Assembly: GCA_010909165.1 (NCBI GenBank)
Contig: MU008206.1
Coordinates: forward strand, 336,229-400,228
Source: Anthoceros angustus
Taxonomy: Eukaryota; Plantae; Anthocerotophyta
DNA: 64,000 nt
Direction: 5' to 3'
A program made the translations under genes and the position numbers. Below the pieces are notes generated by a model. It was given only the letters and a program-made list of their open reading frames with translations. It ran no database searches and had not been told where the DNA came from. Positions 63,258-64,000 of this stretch are shown here, piece after piece. The stretch's first letter is position 1. Every line of letters starts with the position of its first letter.

Positions 63258-64000
63258 TATGTCTCTTCTATCCAACTCACCCTGAAGAAGAAGAAATTTA
63301 TTTAAGTCCACTAAGGACGGATTTCCGTCATGGGACTAATTTGTCATACATACAAAGAAAGTATATTGAAAAATTAACCGCTATTCTGAATCTGGCTTGA
63401 GAACTAGTGACGTGAACCATTATGTAATGTCAGGTATGTTGAACTGTTGAAAATGTTGAGTCCGCTTCTCCCACATTTGCTTTAGGCAGACACCTACAGA
63501 AATAGGATCAGGAAAAGAGAAAAAGCGGCGAAGTGTAGATCGTCTGTTGTAAATAGAGGATAAAATTCCCGAATATCTTCATATATGTGAGGAACACAAA
63601 GTGTTCTTGATCCACCCCTGTTGCATAACCTGCAAATTGGACTCCTTTGGTGGCTTAGGACGTAGCCATCTCGTCTCAATCCTAAGAGGCGGTGAGACCC
63701 ACAAGATGACCTATAATCATCCTTAGTTTGAAAGACACCGTGCGAAGGTAAAGAGGAGCACTGGTTTCCCGGTGGATAAAAATAAATCATTTATAAGTGT
63801 CAAGCCTAGGGATAAGGGAGAGAGGAGACCAAGTATAGGACAAGTATGTAGTCCGCAAATCAAGGCGGATGGACTTATTTGGAGGAGGTGGCAAGAACGA
63901 AAAGGGGATGGGCGGAAGACTCTCGGACAAAATCCAAATTTCTGCGCGCCTGGTTGAGGCGCAGAAATGCACGCGCGTCTCGGGGTTGGCCTGGTGGTAG

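Noticed and set aside
63309-63330. CACTA transposon terminus (cactaaggacggatttccgtc)
   Set aside because: A single 5-mer with no partner end in the window.

Overview
Eukaryotic plant nuclear DNA, most likely from a seed-free land plant. The very short GT-AG introns and a probable flagellar gene suggest a Selaginella-like lycophyte, but this is inference. The first ~8 kb holds two intron-containing host genes on the minus strand: a plastid-type Mfd/TRCF helicase that runs off the left edge, and an EF-hand protein with DIxGA / NPLxPxY repeats. The other ~55 kb is a nest of transposons: a full-length Ty1/copia (233/236-bp LTRs, CGAAG target-site duplication), fragments of a Sola/DUF7869-like DNA transposase, a degenerate SWIM/MULE-like gene, two partial copia elements and several Ty3/gypsy elements. 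Two different DNA methyltransferases lie in this transposon DNA. (1) A C5-cytosine (DNMT-type) domain, hidden by frameshifts, sits between protease and RT in a Ty3/gypsy pol (about 39760-40600, minus). (2) A ~4-kb gene fusing a ParB/Srx-like domain to a bacterial-type beta-class N4C/N6A methyltransferase (about 24984-28986, minus) lies head-to-head with a Sola-like transposase. Repeat copies differ mostly by single-base indels, so many frameshifts may be consensus errors rather than real decay. All family assignments come from motif recognition by eye; no searches were run.
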